Positions 43,467 to 57,771 of a stretch of DNA of 64,000 nucleotides are shown in pieces. The stretch covers positions 5,332,001 to 5,396,000 of the forward strand of contig CM022674.1 of NCBI GenBank assembly GCA_012295275.1, read 5' to 3'. The stretch comes from Chrysomallon squamiferum (lineage: Eukaryota; Animalia; Mollusca). A program made the translations under genes and the position numbers. The number at the start of each line of letters is the position of its first letter. Position 1 is the stretch's first letter. The notes beneath the pieces were generated by a model. The model ran no database searches and was not told where the DNA came from. It saw only the letters and a program-made list of their open reading frames with translations.

Positions 43467-44921
43467 TGACACAATGATATAAATATATATATTCCGGCTA
43501 AAATATGTATCTCTAAAGATTTTAAAATATTTGCTATTTCAGGAAAGGGATGACACTATTAAATAAATGTAATTATGAGATGTTAGGGTGAGGCAGGTTT
43601 TATTTTATGAGCTTCCATTTGAAAATTTTCTTTCCCGTCCTAAAGGAGAAGCTTGTAGAACTTGGATTATACTTTGACATTTTTTGTTAGCAATAATAAA
43701 GTTTATATCAAAGAAAGTGACACCAAACTTGAATTTTACTAAAACACTGGCGAAAACAGTCAATTTGATTCGTATGTTTTTTATATCTAATTGATTTGTT
43801 TCCTTCTTAGTTTCAGAAACATTCATACTTCTCTTTACTTAGTGTCTTTGTCTGCATAAGAAAAAGTTTAAAGTTTAACTGAAGTTTTCTCATAACTGCT
43901 AACGTTTAAGTTAGGCGGCTAAATTTAGGTTTATTTATATAAATTATATTTAACATTTTATTTTCTATTGGGGAGTTTCACCATGGAGCTTTACACGACT
44001 TAGCAAAGATCAAAGGCTTTTCAATTCTATTTTGAAAAACATTCTTCCATTTTTACATCAGAAATTCACATTCTGACTCTCTGTGATGTCATTAGGAGAC
44101 AGGCCATTCAGAGTGTGTGTTTTTTATATGTATTTGTTACATAACGTATTTAATAAACTGGTGTTGGAATAAAATCTATTGTTTGTTTTAATTTTTTTAA
44201 TAATATTGAAATGTGTACTCAAATATACTCGCAAACGAACACGGACACAAACACACACACACGAACAAAGACAATCATATATTTACATATATAAAATCTT
44301 GGTTCCGAAGTGAAAGACATTAAAAATAATGTTTCACAACTGATAACTAATACTACAAGCTGTCTTCTACTTTCAATATGTTCTAGCTTTGATAAGCACT
44401 GTAACTGTATTTAATACAACAATCAAATTCATTTTTGAATGCGGTTTCAAAAGCAAGCGTATAACGTCTGTAAAATAGCGAAGAAGAAAACAAATACTTT
44501 TTTTTAATTTGAAATCTTTATTAAAAACAAGCATTTGATCAAGACTAGTATATCACAAGTCATACTGATTGACGCACGTTCAATGAATAATACTTCCTAC
44601 AATAAACAGAACTTTCTGTAAATGCGCGCACATTCTTCATTTAATGCAACAGTTTCGCTTTCACGAACTCTCTGTTACACACAGAATTACATGTATTTCT
44701 TCATTCCTTATCTTTCCACTTCTCATTCTCGTCAACTCCTCTTTCGTCTCAAGAAGACGCGTCTTGACAGCACGTTTCGTTTTCGCTTCTTATTTTTCTT
44801 CACGTTTCTGTCTTGACGTTCAGTATGACTCGAGTCAGAATAGCTCACACGTGTTTGTGACGTGATACGGTGACCTCAGGCGGTCACGTGATCGGTTATC
44901 AGAGGATAAAAATAATCATTT

Positions 44922-45502
44922 TCAGTGATCACTTCTAGAAATCTGAATAGAAAGATTAAAGAAATGGTTTAATTTTTTGCTTTTAAATTTCAGTCAACAA
45001 AACGTTTTCATAAATTCAATTAATTATGTTTTATCGTTACTTTAATCAGTAATTATAAGGCATGGACTCAAAAAGATGATTAAAAAGAGAAAAAGGAGAA
45101 GGAATAATAATAATTATCTCTGTTCGATAGATATTTGAATATCTGTAACATACACACCTCTATAATCAATTTCTGGGCTGCTTTCTTTTTACTATATTTA
45201 GAACATGACGTCAGCAAGTCGGCAATCTGATTTTTGCTCTTTAAACGACGAGAAAAATCCCAGCATGCTTTGCTCAGATCTTTCAGTTCATACTCTGAAG
45301 CAGCACACAAGAGACCTGGAATACATTAAAACTAATTAATATTCATTTATCTGAAAGAAAGCAATCAGTTAACAACTTAATACTCATTGATATGAAATAC
45401 TATTAACTAATTAATAGTTATTTATGTGAAATATTAACAAATTAATCATCATTTGTCTGCTGAACTATTAATTAATTAAGAATCATTATATGAAAATTTA
45501 CA

Positions 45503-45550
<48 letters not shown>

Positions 45551-46519
45551 GTTAAAATTATAACATAATCTTTTTTTACTTACCAACAACAACTTTGACG
45601 TCCACCTTCACCTTTCCACAGTGCAGAAACGTGACCAAGCTGCGGAAGACGTCGATGTCGTAATCTGGGATTGGAATGGTCAGGTGACTGCTTTGGCGTT
45701 TGGATTTTGATTTCTTCTTTGATAGTTCTTCAGTAGATTTGCGCTGGTGATACAGTATCAGCTGATAGAAAACTCTGTTTTAAAATAAACAAATAAACAA
45801 TGAGAAAAGAATCTTATAAATTAACATATACTTTAACACATTAACTAACAACACACACTAACTATTAAGCACATCACTAGTAACTTTCAGAAATGACGTG
45901 TTTTTTCTTCTAAATTCGACCACTGATGATAAATATATTTATTTCTCTCCCCCAGTTAATTCAGTTAATTCTCTTTAAAGGTAAAGAAATATTTAAAATT
46001 TTATTGGAAATAAAAAAATAGAATTTTACCTGCTACGGGTAGCCATGATAGCTTTCACTCCATAAACAGGAACTTGTTCTTTGCCCACCAGGAACATGAC
46101 GTCACACAGTTCAGACATCGTGATGACGTACTTCAGACTGTCACACAGTCCGTTCGTGTTGCTAAACATCATTATCTCCCCTGAACCACTAGATGGTTGG
46201 CAGGCGGGGTTAGAGTGATTGACACCGGTACAACAACCAGAATCGTCAGATTCGTATCCCGAACTGGAATCTGTAAAATAAACTGAATAAGATGAACGTT
46301 ACATAGAAATGAATACCTAATTTTTGTTTTATTATTAAACAACGAACATTAAGGTACCTAGAGAAGGGAAAAAAATTAACAATGTACGAAACAAATGAAA
46401 GTATACATTTTACTTAAAGAATAAGTACCGTTAGCAATGTCATTTTGAGTTCCACATTCGAAGTCATTACTCAAAACATCGCCGTCTAACAAACACGCTC
46501 TTGAAGTCCAGCTTTCCAT
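44922..46519 (-). CDS. BTB/POZ protein copy 11 (inverted, intact)
   Basis: ATG at 46519-46517, stop at 44924-44922, same five exons. Confidence 0.9.
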
Positions 46520-46865
46520 GACAAAGTGTAGATATTTAGAAGTGAACGATGTGATAACTTGAAGAAGAATGATGACATATTTCAACGATTGTTGCGTTTT
46601 ATAATGTACAGACGTGTCATAAGTTAACTGTTTTAATTAGGAGATGTTAAAATCACGTGACAATCTGTAGACACTGAGTAACGTGTTGTTATAACAACAC
46701 TCAGGCACGAGACTGGCACGTGACAGTGAGAATTGAAGAGTGAGATTACTGGATTATTAATTAAGGTTCTAACAGGATTATCGATTAGAAATGCTAATTG
46801 GTATTTTTAAACGAATACTCGGGTTGAACTGAACTTTACTTATACTTAAATCTGTGTCATTTAAG

Positions 46866-47740
46866 GAAACGAAACGTGCTATCAAGATGCGTCTTCGTGA
46901 GACGAAAGAGGAGTTGACGTGAATGAGAAGTGGAAAGATAAGGAATGAAGAAATACATGTAATTCTTTGTGTAACAGAGAGTTCGTGAAAGCGAAACTGT
47001 TGCATTAAATGAAGAATTTTCGCGAATTTACAGAAAATTCTGTTTATTGCAGGATGTATTATTCATTCAAAGTGCTTCAATCAGTATGAAATGTAATATA
47101 GTTTTGTTCAAATGCTTGTTTTTAATAAAGTTTCTAAATACAAAATATTTTTGTTCTCTTCTTCGTTAAGTGTCTTCATTATCAAGAAGAAACAGATGAT
47201 GCCCATGATGGGTTACAGAGTGGGAAACTTGAATTGCTTCTTTTAACATCTCGTACCCAATCTTGAGACCGACGGTATACCCTAGCTTTTGCAAACTGCA
47301 TTTCAAAATGAATTTGATTATTGTATTAAATACTGTTACAGTGCTCATGTAAGCTAAAACATTGATTTATTCATTGAAATTAGAAGTCAGGTTGTAGTTA
47401 TCAGTTGTGAAACAATTTTTTAAATGTCTTTCACTTCTGAACCACGATTTTATATATGTAAATGTATTAACGTCTTTGTTCGTGTGCGTGTCTGTGTCTC
47501 TGTGTGTGTATATTTGAGTGCACATTTCAATATTATTAAAACAAACAATAGGTTTTATACCAACACCAATTTATTAAATACATTCAGTAACAGATACATA
47601 AAAAAAACATACACTCGGAATAACCTATCTACTAACGACATTCAAAAATAAATTTCATTGCTTCTTTTATGCTTTTCTTAATATGTACTTTGTATTTTAA
47701 GAGTTTGTTATATGAATGTAATTTAAAGTGTTTGTACAAA
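46866..47740 (+). repeat. Orphan plus-strand 3' UTR and 3' flank at the array boundary
   Basis: Same promoter/3' UTR junction as 33705 and 42324; lacks the insert; runs into unique sequence. Confidence 0.85.
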
Positions 47741-47988
47741 AGCCCTGATATTTTAGAACAATTCTGATCAACGAAATGACGTCACGAGAATAATAATAAT
47801 AAAAAGATAATGATAATAAAATAAAGAGACACGCCAGCTAATTTTATCCTCAGTTTGTAATGGGTTTTTTTCCTTGTACGAAATAATGGAGCGAAAAATA
47901 CTGAGGATACATGGCTTTATACGTTCTAATAATTTTAAATATTATGAAAACATGGGACACATAAAAAATAATGATACAAATAATAAAA

Positions 47989-48020
<32 letters not shown>

Positions 48021-48106
48021 AACTAAGTAACAAATAAAACCGGACATTTGGAAACATACAAAAGGAGTTGAGATCACTTTAAATGTATTTAGTCTAAATA
48101 TGTGGT

Positions 48107-48138
<32 letters not shown>

Positions 48139-48672
48139 TGTATTGATTAAATAATTTAAATATTATAATCTTTTTTTTGTTGTTGTTGTTGTATGTTTTC
48201 ATGAGAGCATGCGTACTGTGCCTAAATGTATGAAATGTTCGAAAAACACAGATGTATGTATACAGGCACAGATATATGACAAGCTGCTGTGTATATTTTA
48301 TGCTAATGAAATTTATCATCGTGATTTGCCATTAATATATGACGTGCAAAACGTTCCGATGACGTAATAAGTTAGAGACCAGACAGCAGAACACGTCTGT
48401 AAAATAAATATAAAATACATAACAGAGTAAAACGAAACGAATTTTTTTTTTTTATAAAAAGTCTTAAAAGTAATTAATATTAAATAAATATTGAATAATA
48501 TTGTTTGAGAAAATAGCTCTTATAAATAATTCACCAGTATATAACTGTCATTATTGTAAATGAAAAGTATTTTGTTTCACTGATTTTAAATTCAAAATGT
48601 TAATCAAAGATACGGTTATTATTTTTATTACTGTTGTTGTTTTAATTTTGTTAATTAACGGCAGCCATTATA

Positions 48673-48743
<71 letters not shown>

Positions 48744-48896
48744 TTCCATCTTATTTAATTTTGAATGCGGGACACATAAAAAAAATCACATGATCATCAC
48801 ACATCACTCACCTTTTAAGTATTTTATAAAATAACCCTCCCCGCTTTCATTACGTCGTGGTGTACAACGTTGTCAGCGAGGATCACTCCGTCGTTG

Positions 48897-49644
48897 CTAG
48901 TCACAGCCGCAGGACTTGCACGACGACCCACACGACTTGCACGAGCCGCACGAGCCACATGAACCGCACGATTTACAACATCCACATTTAGGACAGCACG
49001 AACCGTGACATTTCTTACAACACCCGTGAGAACAACAGCCTGCGTCTGTAGGCAACACGAGGGCTCCTACAAATTTAATAATAATAACAACAGTAACAAC
49101 AACAACAACAACAACAACAATAATAACAATAATAATAATAATAATAATAATAATGATGATGATAATGATAATAATAATAATAATAATAATAATGATAATA
49201 ATAACTATAATAATAATAATAACGATAATGATAATAATAATGATATAATAGTAATAACAATAATGATAATGATAATAATAACTATAATAATAATAATAAT
49301 TATAATAATAACTATAATAACAATAATAATAATTGCAATGACAATAATTATTATAATAATAATAATAGTAAAAACAACAGTGATGATGATGATGATGATG
49401 ACAACAGTGACGATGATTAATAACAACAACAACAACAGTATTAATAGTAATAATAAATGATGGCAGTAGTAGTAGCAGCAGAAGCAGCAGTAGTAGTAGT
49501 GAGTATTAAGAGTAGTAATAGTTCCAATTAATCAAGAAGTGTTACAACAACAGTAACAAATTTTTGCACTACCTCAAGTAGATTTTGATTATTCATGGTT
49601 ATGTACTGAAGTTGAAAAGATAAAAAAATTATATTAATATATAT

Positions 49645-49738
<94 letters not shown>

Positions 49739-50101
49739 AAAACCATATAAATAGTTAAATTCGGTTGCTGTATTGCACAGTAAGCATCTAGCAGAGGTTA
49801 AGATTCTTATTAAAATTCGATTTAAAACCAAACAGACTGACTGAGCTGAGTAACCGATTTACTGAATGACAAACTGAATGACTGACTGATTGATTTATTG
49901 ACTGAACGATTTACTGATTCGCTGATCTACTCTGTGAATGATTTCTTTATTGAATAACTGCCTGTTATGCCTGCCCGTTTGATCGACTGTCTGATTTAGT
50001 CACCAATAACCTGTGATTGAATTTACGAGCCAGAAAAGATGATACAAATCTTTCTTACCTAGAACGGAGCAGATCAGTAACAACAACACGATGACCTTCA
50101 T
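48897..50101 (-). CDS. Secreted Cys-rich, metallothionein-like peptide A (70 aa); exons 50101-50059, 49066-48897
   Basis: MKVIVLLLLICSVL-G|GTAAGA ... TTTGTAG|; spliced MKVIVLLLLICSVLGALVLPTDA-GCCSHGCCKKCHGSCCPKCGCCKSCGSCGSCGSCKSCGSSCKSCGCD*; 18 Cys in 47 mature residues; TATATAAA on - strand at 50170-50163. Confidence 0.88.
49078..49520. repeat. Compound (AAC/AAT/GAT/AGT)n trinucleotide microsatellite in the intron of peptide A
   Basis: Directly visible. Confidence 0.95.
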
Positions 50102-50447
50102 TCTGAAGCAAAAAAAAAACAACAAAAATCTGAGATGTGATTTAAACTGTCCTGTATCAACATTTATATATATATTTATTGTCGAGCAGAAAAGATGTAA
50201 AAATAGATTCTATTTTAAAACATCCGGGCCTCTCATCGAGAAATAAGCCGTTCCCGTCGTGAGGTTATCAGCTGTTTCGCTGTCACGGATTTGACAGTCG
50301 CCGTTGTAGACTTTAAAAATAAAATAAAACAAAACAAATAGATGAGTAGGTAGATAGTGTGTATTCATTATAGCGGTCTGTGCGTGATCTTCTATTTATG
50401 GATTTATAGGTAGCGGTGGACGATATACAGTTCTGATTGCTAACATA

Positions 50448-50766
50448 ATGTATGTATGTATGTATGTATGTGTGTGTTTGTGTGTGTGTGAATGTATGTT
50501 TGTATGTGTGTGTGTATGTATGTGTATGTATGTATGTATGTATGTATGTTTATGTGTGTAAATGTGTGTGTATGTATGTGTGAATGTGTGTATGTATGAA
50601 TGTATGTGTGTATGTATGTGTGTGTATGTGTGTATGTATGTGTGTGTGTATGTATGTATATATGTGTGTGTATGTATGTATGTGTGTATGTATTTGTGTG
50701 TGCATGTATATGTATGTATATATGTGTGTGTATGTGTATGTGTATGTATATATATATATGTGTGTG
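50448..50766. repeat. Compound (TG)n/(TATG)n microsatellite
   Basis: Directly visible. Confidence 0.95.
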
Positions 50767-51404
50767 CTGTATTTTGGATTGTGATTATTCGTTGTCTTAT
50801 CTACTTCTGATTAATCTCTGCACATGTCAAAAGATATTAAAGTAAACTGCGATCAGAAGTGAGGGTTGACATTATATTTTTTTTTACATTATATACGACA
50901 GGGTGGGGTAAGACCGCCAGTCGGGGTCAAATGCCTAGCCCCTAAATATCAGAGGTCAAGTGACGCAGCTAGTCAGTTTGTATTTTATTAGATTTCATAT
51001 TGAAGAGAGACAGAACAAAAATTACATTCCCACCCCAGAGGAAAAGCTTACAAAGAAAACTGTTAGTTTCTTTTATCTGTTTTGGTATGATTTGTTTTTC
51101 GTTATTATTTTATTATATTCATATTTCTATTTATTTATTGTCATCGTTAGTTTACAGCATATGAAATAAAACATATTCGCCTGTTTCAACTAAACAAACG
51201 TGTGTCTAGCTAATTGATACAGATAGCCATGAAAAATTTCATTTTTTTTTTTCAGCCATGAAAATGTATAACAGTATGGTCGTCAGAACGAGGCAAGACA
51301 CCCAGTTCGGCGTGGGAAAAATTGACTGTGGCTGACAATTTCCATTATAAACTGCTTTGCCCCACTGATGTGCTTAAGATATTAGATATAATCTGTTTAT
51401 CTTG

Positions 51405-51435
<31 letters not shown>

Positions 51436-51444
51436 CAGAGAGAG

Positions 51445-51503
<59 letters not shown>

Positions 51504-52534
51504 AACTTGTTGAAGACAAAAGAATTTGAATATACGTGATAGTCTCGGAAATTAACTGATTATGTCTATGAATCAAAAAAAATCATTACTGTTTTTTTTT
51601 TTTTCTAACCAAACTTTTTTTTTTTTTTTTTTTTTTTAAAGTTTTCAAGTATGGAGATTTTACTATGGGATAAGAAAGCAAAAATTTAATTTTCTCTTTA
51701 CAGACCTGTTTTTCTTCTTTTTTTCATTAATTTGAAATTTTTGAAATTATTTTATTTATATTTTTTTATTATTATTTTTTTAACAGGTGTTGGGTCTCGA
51801 TAATTGTAACAAGTTTCAGCTTCTGGCATCTATTTTATTTCTTTTTTCCTTTTCTTCTTGTTTTTTTATTTCCTCTTTTAGACGGAGATCATTTTGCTGT
51901 TACTTCGTTTATTTACTTACAAGTTTTGTTTTTCAATTATCTCGTGCTAAACCATAATTATTTTTAAACGATTATTTTCCAGAGCAGCTGTTTAATCGTC
52001 ACTTTCTTTTTGTTTTCATCGTTTAATCTAAACCAAGGTTTCCACATTAAAATATTAGAATATTTTATGTTCAAACTGACAGAACTTAACGAGTTAGGAT
52101 GACGTACACTGACAACGTTATAAGATGGTTAAAGTACGCATTACAAGCAGATACTCATTGTGGGTGAAGAAATAATAGGCTTACTGGCTGTAGGAAATGT
52201 ATTAGGTGGCCGTGCAAAACCTACGACGTCGTGACTGTGGGCAACATGCTGGTTATGCTCACGTTACAGGTGTTTACGACAAACATTGTTACAGCTTCTG
52301 CCAGAGATAATTATTTTGATGACCAGTACCACATCAAGTATGAATAAATAAATAAATAAATAAATATATATATATGTATGTATAATGAGTGTTTCTGTGT
52401 GTATGTATGTATGTATGTATGTACGTACGTACGTACGTACGTGTGTATGTGTGTGTGTGTGTGTGTGTATAGATATAATATATTTATGATAATAATTTAA
52501 TAATAATAATAACAACAAAAACATCAACAACAGC

Positions 52535-52593
<59 letters not shown>

Positions 52594-52923
52594 AATGGAA
52601 GAGGATAATAATTAAACAAATCTTCTCGCAATACTTTTCTGGTCATGTTTAACGTAACTTGTAATGTGTATAAGTAAATGTGCATACCCATAAACTATTA
52701 CACAAAAATACAGACAAATTTTACATGAATTTTTAATTTATTTTATTACTTTTAAATAAAATATGGATATATGAACATAGATTCTGTTTATTTGAAAACG
52801 CGGCCTGTTAACATCCAGAGAGAATGTTCTGACATCATCAGTTTCCTCCCCTTTGCCTTTAGTTTATCTGAAGAAAAAAAAAATATTGTTCTGTTGTAGT
52901 TTGTTCATAGCAACATTACAAGA

Positions 52924-53081
<158 letters not shown>

Positions 53082-53088
53082 TACAAAC

Positions 53089-53652
53089 CTATTTTCCGTT
53101 GGGACCAGGTACAAGTCCTACAGCCTGCAAACCTCCAACCTGCATCAGTGGGACGGAGATTGGAACGGGAATAACCTCCTCCGTCGATGATGACGACGAA
53201 CAACCACAGTGGTGACAGCCACCACATTTCTTACAACAGCAGCAAGCTTCTGAGTGCGACACCATGACAACTGCATGAAAAAAAAAAAAAAAAATTGAAA
53301 CTAGGTGTTTTGTTTTATTTTGTTTCGTTTTATTTCATTTCTTTTCATTTATTATATTATATTATATTATATTATATTATATTATATTATATTATATTAT
53401 TTTGTTTGTTTATTTGCTTGCTTGCTTGCCTGTTTGTTTTCTTTGTATATAGAATGAAATGAATAAGAATAAAAATGAGATTCAAAAATAAATGAATAAA
53501 GTTAATGAGAAATTAAGCTGTAGAAAAACTAGTAGTAGTAGTAGTAGTAGTAGTAGCAGTAGTAGTAGATGTAATAGTAGTAGTAGATGTAATAGTAGTT
53601 GTAGATGTAGTAGTAGTAGTAGAGGCAGTAGTAGTAATAGCAGTAGCAATAA

Positions 53653-53699
<47 letters not shown>

Positions 53700-53774
53700 A
53701 TAATAAAATTAAAATAAACCAACAACAACGTACATACCAGCGAAACAAAAAGCTAGAATTGCTGCTACCTTCAT
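53089..53774 (-). CDS. Secreted Cys-rich peptide B (72 aa); exons 53774-53738, 53270-53089
   Basis: G|GTATGT donor, TTTCATGCAG| acceptor; MKVAAILAFCFAVVMVSHSEA-CCCCKKCGGCHHCGCSSSSSTEEVIPVPISVPLMQVGGLQAVGLVPGPNGK*; ATATAAA on - strand at 53863-53857. Confidence 0.87.
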
Positions 53775-55519
53775 GACGATTTCCGTAACAGAATCAAACT
53801 TACTGAACGAAATGAAAACAGAGAACAACTCTTTACAATCAGAAATTCTGCTCCAATTTATATCGCTCAAAACTTTCCTCAACTGCATCGAGTTTCCCAA
53901 AACGTTCCATCTCACAGCAGTGGTCACAGTAGGACTGTACACTTCAAAGAATTTCTTGTACTGTTTTGCTTCAAAAAGGTTGACACATAGCTCCGTTTTT
54001 TGTTTTTTTTTTTCGTTTCTCGCTGTCAAGTTCTATCGTTCTGCATTAAATTACTGATATTCTTAGCAGGGGTTCTGCGTTTCGATTTCGTGCCATAAAG
54101 GAAATGTTTTGATATAAATAAAGGCAAGAGCGATCCGCTTGTTGCGGTTTTCTTAATTAAAATTTAATGTAATTGCGAGAAGATTTTTAAAACGTTAGTG
54201 TTATGAAATCTGATTTCGTGTATGTATTAATTTAATTGTTTTTTTTTTGTTGTTTTTTTAAAATTATTTTGTTGTTGGTTATTGTATCATTTGTTTTCCG
54301 AGAGCGAGTGTGTTTTAGATGATTTAATTAATTAATTAATTAATTACGTAATTAGTTTTTTTTATTATTATGTTTTATTACGAATAAAATAAATATGAAA
54401 TAACGTTTAATAATATAATTGAAAAAAAAATATTTTTATTTATTTATTTAATTATTTGTTCGTTCATTCGTTCGTTTATTTATTTATTTATTTAATTATT
54501 TGTTCGTTCGTTCGTTTATTTATTTATTTATTTATTTTCTTTCTATTTATTTATTAGTGTTTCAGATAATAGAAACATTTACATAACACCTAACACGCAT
54601 ATTATTCGTTATCATCTTGCTACAGAAAGTAAACATTATACTGTCATACAAAACACAGAATTGTCTGTAACTTGAAATAACCTAATATTACTAATATTTC
54701 GACCGCCACTGCTAACACAAGAACTTGAGATGCAGGGACATCTAGTAAAGTAAGTACCTTTAACTAGTAAATATTTCTCACTTAATTTGGGTGTCTGAGT
54801 CTTATATCTGTTGCGTGTGTGTTGCGTGTGTGCGTGTAATATTTTTATTACTGTAAACTACAGAGTATGGTGGACTGTGTCTAGGAGAAAAAACTCAGTG
54901 TTAAGATTCCATGGATTACGGGAACTATTCTCCTTGGCGCCTAATTTGGCCTATTTCCTATTTCTGAACTCCACAGTCAAAGGTCGCAGGAATATTATTA
55001 TTGTGCTGTATATGAGAAGGTGCATTTTAAAGATCACTTGCTTGCTGCTAACCGAGTAAGAGTTTCACTGTTCAGACAGTTCTTAGTAATTGTATCTCTA
55101 TTATTATCATTATCAACATCATTACCACCAAAAGTATTATTATTATTATTACTAGTAGCAGCAGTAGTAGTAGTAGTTGTTGTAGTAGTAGTAGTAGTAG
55201 TGGTAGTAGCAGAATTAGTAGTAGTAGTGGTGTAGTAGTACTAGTGGTAATAGTGTAGTAATATTAGTATTAGTATAGTAATGGTAGTGGTCGTGGTGGT
55301 AGTTCAGTAGCAGTAGTAGTAGAGGTAGTAATAGTTGACTTCGTTATGGCTACGTCTACGATAACGTTCAGGTTTACTACAAATAGTATTATAGTCATTC
55401 CCAGTTGTTGTTTTTTTAATACTTTGCTGATCTTTTCAGATGGTGCACATTTTACAATAAGCAATGGGATTAATTAAAATTGGTTTTAGAATAAAAACAA
55501 TCCATTTTGATAAAGGTTC

Positions 55520-55669
<150 letters not shown>

Positions 55670-56437
55670 CATCTCATCACAAAATTTAATTTAATTTATG
55701 GAGGCTCTCTAAATTAATCAGTTTATATATAAAGGTGTACGAAAATGTAATAAGACTATGAAGTTTCCCAATAATAAATTTCTTGTGACACAATTTTCTT
55801 ACGACGCTATTGTTCTTGATGTATCAATTTCTATTAAATGTATTCTCAAAGAAAACAGTTCCTTTATATTTTGCAATGCATCATATGGCTTCTTGTGTTG
55901 TATTCTTCATAACAAAAAAGCAAACGATTAACATTTACTAATAACTTTTATTAATTATAATTCAGTATTTGTACAAACGTAAGATCCCAATACAAAAGAT
56001 CATATCTCTTCGCTGAACCTGAAAAAACCCAACAACAACAATAAAATTATTAAGCCAATGAAATGATTCATATAAATACTCTTAAGAAAAAAAGAGAGAG
56101 AAAGAGAAAGGGGAAGAGACAGAATGAGAGAAGGCGACAGAGGAGATGAGAAAGAGAGAGAATAAGAGAGGGAAAGAAGGAGAAATAACAGAGGAAGAAA
56201 GACAGCGTAAGAGACATTATGTGATAGAAAGAAGAAAGAAGATGAGATTTGAACAGATGAGACAACGGGAGAGAATGTAGAGATTACTATCAAAGATTCA
56301 GCAAAAATAAGAAGGAAAAACAGGGGAAGAAGGCAAATAAAATACACACATAGATGTACCTATACAAGAGAGAGTGATAGAGAAAGACAGACAGACAGAA
56401 AAAAATGAGAGAGAGAGAGGGAAAGGGAGCGAAAGAG

Positions 56438-56504
<67 letters not shown>

Positions 56505-56511
56505 TACAAAC

Positions 56512-57062
56512 CTATTTTCCGTTGGGACCAGGTACAAGTCCTACAGCCTGCAAACCTCCAACCTGCATCAGTGGGACGGAGATTGGAACGGGAATAACCT
56601 CCTCCGTCGATGATGACGACGAACAACCACAGTGGTGACAGCCACCACATTTCTTACAACAGCAGTGTGCTTCTGTGTCTGTACTGAAGGCAACTGTATT
56701 AAATAAATAAATAAATAAATAAGTAAATAAATAAGTTAATAAATGAGTAAGTAAATAAATATATAATTAAATGAATGAATGAATGAATAAGTTAATAAAT
56801 GAGTAAATAAATAAATAAGCTAATAAACAAATAGATAAAGAAAGAAAGAAAGAATACAGAAAAGCAATAATAAAAGATAAAGTTGGCAGTAATAAACAAA
56901 ACTATCAGTAGAAACTGTAATCGAAGAAGCAATATTGGTACAGTTGGTTTACTAGTAACAGTAATAGTTGTAGCATAGTAACAATAGTAAAAGAAGGAGG
57001 TATCATTAACAGTAATAGTGGTAGTAAGATAAATAGTAGTAGCTGTAGTAGTAGTAGTAGCT

Positions 57063-57093
<31 letters not shown>

Positions 57094-57261
57094 CTGTAGT
57101 AGTAGTAGTAGTAATAGTAATGGTAGTAGTAGTAGTAGCAGCAGTAGTAGTAGCAGTAGTAGCAGCAGTAGTAGTAGTAGTAATAATAGTAGGATATAAC
57201 ATTAACTGAAAAGACCAAACTTACCGACAAGAAACAAAAGAGCAAAAAACATTATCTTCAT
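56512..57261 (-). CDS. Secreted Cys-rich peptide C (72 aa); exons 57261-57225, 56693-56512
   Basis: G|GTAAGT donor, TAATACAG| acceptor; MKIMFFALLFLVVAFSTDTEA-HCCCKKCGGCHHCGCSSSSSTEEVIPVPISVPLMQVGGLQAVGLVPGPNGK*; TATATAAA on - strand at 57346-57339. Confidence 0.87.
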
Positions 57262-57729
57262 TTTATGATTAAAAAGTTTGTCTGTGCATTAACAAAAAAA
57301 AAAACTATAAACCTATGACTGGTATAATTAAACTTCACTTTATATAGATCCAGTGTTTAATTCTAATTTCTAATTTTAGTGCGCTGTGTAGGATTAAGCA
57401 AGTAAAACAGCAGGGAGAGGTCGATGTGATATCCGCTTCTCCTTTCCGAATTTGTCCGAATCACTTCATGAGTTAGGTTTTTACAAATCATCTTCCGGTG
57501 ACGCAGTCGTTTACAAGTCAGAATGAAATGCAGAAAGCAGTCTTTCAAACTGATATATATATATTTATATATATATAAATTAAAACATACATGTCATGTT
57601 TCAGTTTTAAAAAGGAAAATGCTATTCTAAATACTTCATAGATTATTAAATATTAAAATAATACAGGCTGAACCTGTTTGGTTATTGTTTTACTTTTTAA
57701 TTTTGACGAAATAGAAATTTAAATGAGTA

Positions 57730-57771
<42 letters not shown>

